Part shown: positions 63,480-64,000 of the stretch, piece after piece
How positions within the stretch are numbered: position 1 is the first letter of the stretch
Layout of the letters: the number at the start of each line of letters is the position of its first letter
Assembly (NCBI GenBank): GCA_028534125.1
Contig: CM052816.1
Coordinates: forward strand, 3,164,001-3,228,000
Source: Lama glama
Taxonomy: Eukaryota
Reading direction: 5' to 3'
Length of the DNA: 64,000 nucleotides
Translations under genes and position numbers: made by a program
Notes under the pieces: generated by a model
Databases searched by the model: none
What the model saw: only the letters and a program-made list of their open reading frames with translations
Told to the model about the DNA's origin: nothing

Positions 63480-63970
63480 TGTAGTGTTGTGGGGAATGTG
63501 CAGAAACAGGTAAGTACAACCCCTGTGGAAAGCAGTTTGGAGCTATCAGAACTGCAAGTGCACTTGTCATTGGACCCATCTGCTCTACTACGTAGCGATG
63601 GACCCTACTCGTGTGCTTGGACATTTACGTGAAGATAGATTTACAAGGATATTTATTGCAGCATTGTTAGTGATACCAGTAACAGCCTATAAATCCTTCA
63701 GTAGGGACCGATTAAAGTAATTCTGGTACATCCATACATTGGGACACTATGCAGCTGAATAAAAGGAGGCAGCTCTGTATGTACTGAATGAAAAATAAAA
63801 TCATCTCCTGTGATAAATTGGCAAATGCAAAATGCAGACCAGTGGCTAGAATCTGCCGTCACTCTTTATTGGATAGATTATCTCTAGAAGATCCACAAGA
63901 ATTGTGTCTAGAAGGAAGAAATGAAATTATCTTTAGAACATACACTGTTAATTACGGTTGCTTTTCAGGT
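63480..63970 (+). mobile_element. Old L1 (L1ME-type) 3' fragment
   Basis: tacaacc..tgtggaaagcagtttgg...acaaggatatttattgcagcattgtt...tggtacatccatac...actatgcagc. Confidence 0.7.
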
Positions 63971-64000
63971 TGTAGGGAAGTAGGAACTGGAATGAGCAGT

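Overview
Mammalian genomic DNA, most likely a camelid (inferred from two copies of a tRNA-derived SINE I associate with camels/alpaca, and a cetartiodactyl-type L1 3' end). The window holds the CpG-island promoter and coding exons 1-14 of ADAM19 (meltrin beta) on the + strand, 4365-63066; the gene continues beyond the window. All introns are GT-AG and the exons splice into one open frame of 1567 nt (522 codons + 1 nt). This covers the signal peptide, prodomain, furin site, metalloprotease domain ([12 protein letters not shown] plus Met-turn), disintegrin domain and the start of the Cys-rich domain. The rest is intronic or upstream DNA rich in old repeats: a full LTR-internal-LTR MaLR element upstream of the promoter, solo MLT LTRs, L1/L2/MIR fragments, MER DNA transposons and microsatellites. 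There are also two 500-N assembly gaps. I see no clearly new multi-gene system. The most interesting signals are a decayed copy of exon 12 inside intron 12 (its core codons differ only at synonymous sites and it has in-frame acceptors), a 10-codon deletion in the signal peptide, uORFs, and an unexplained 56-bp dispersed direct repeat in intron 4. Repeat subfamily names and ortholog comparisons are from memory, not from a database search.
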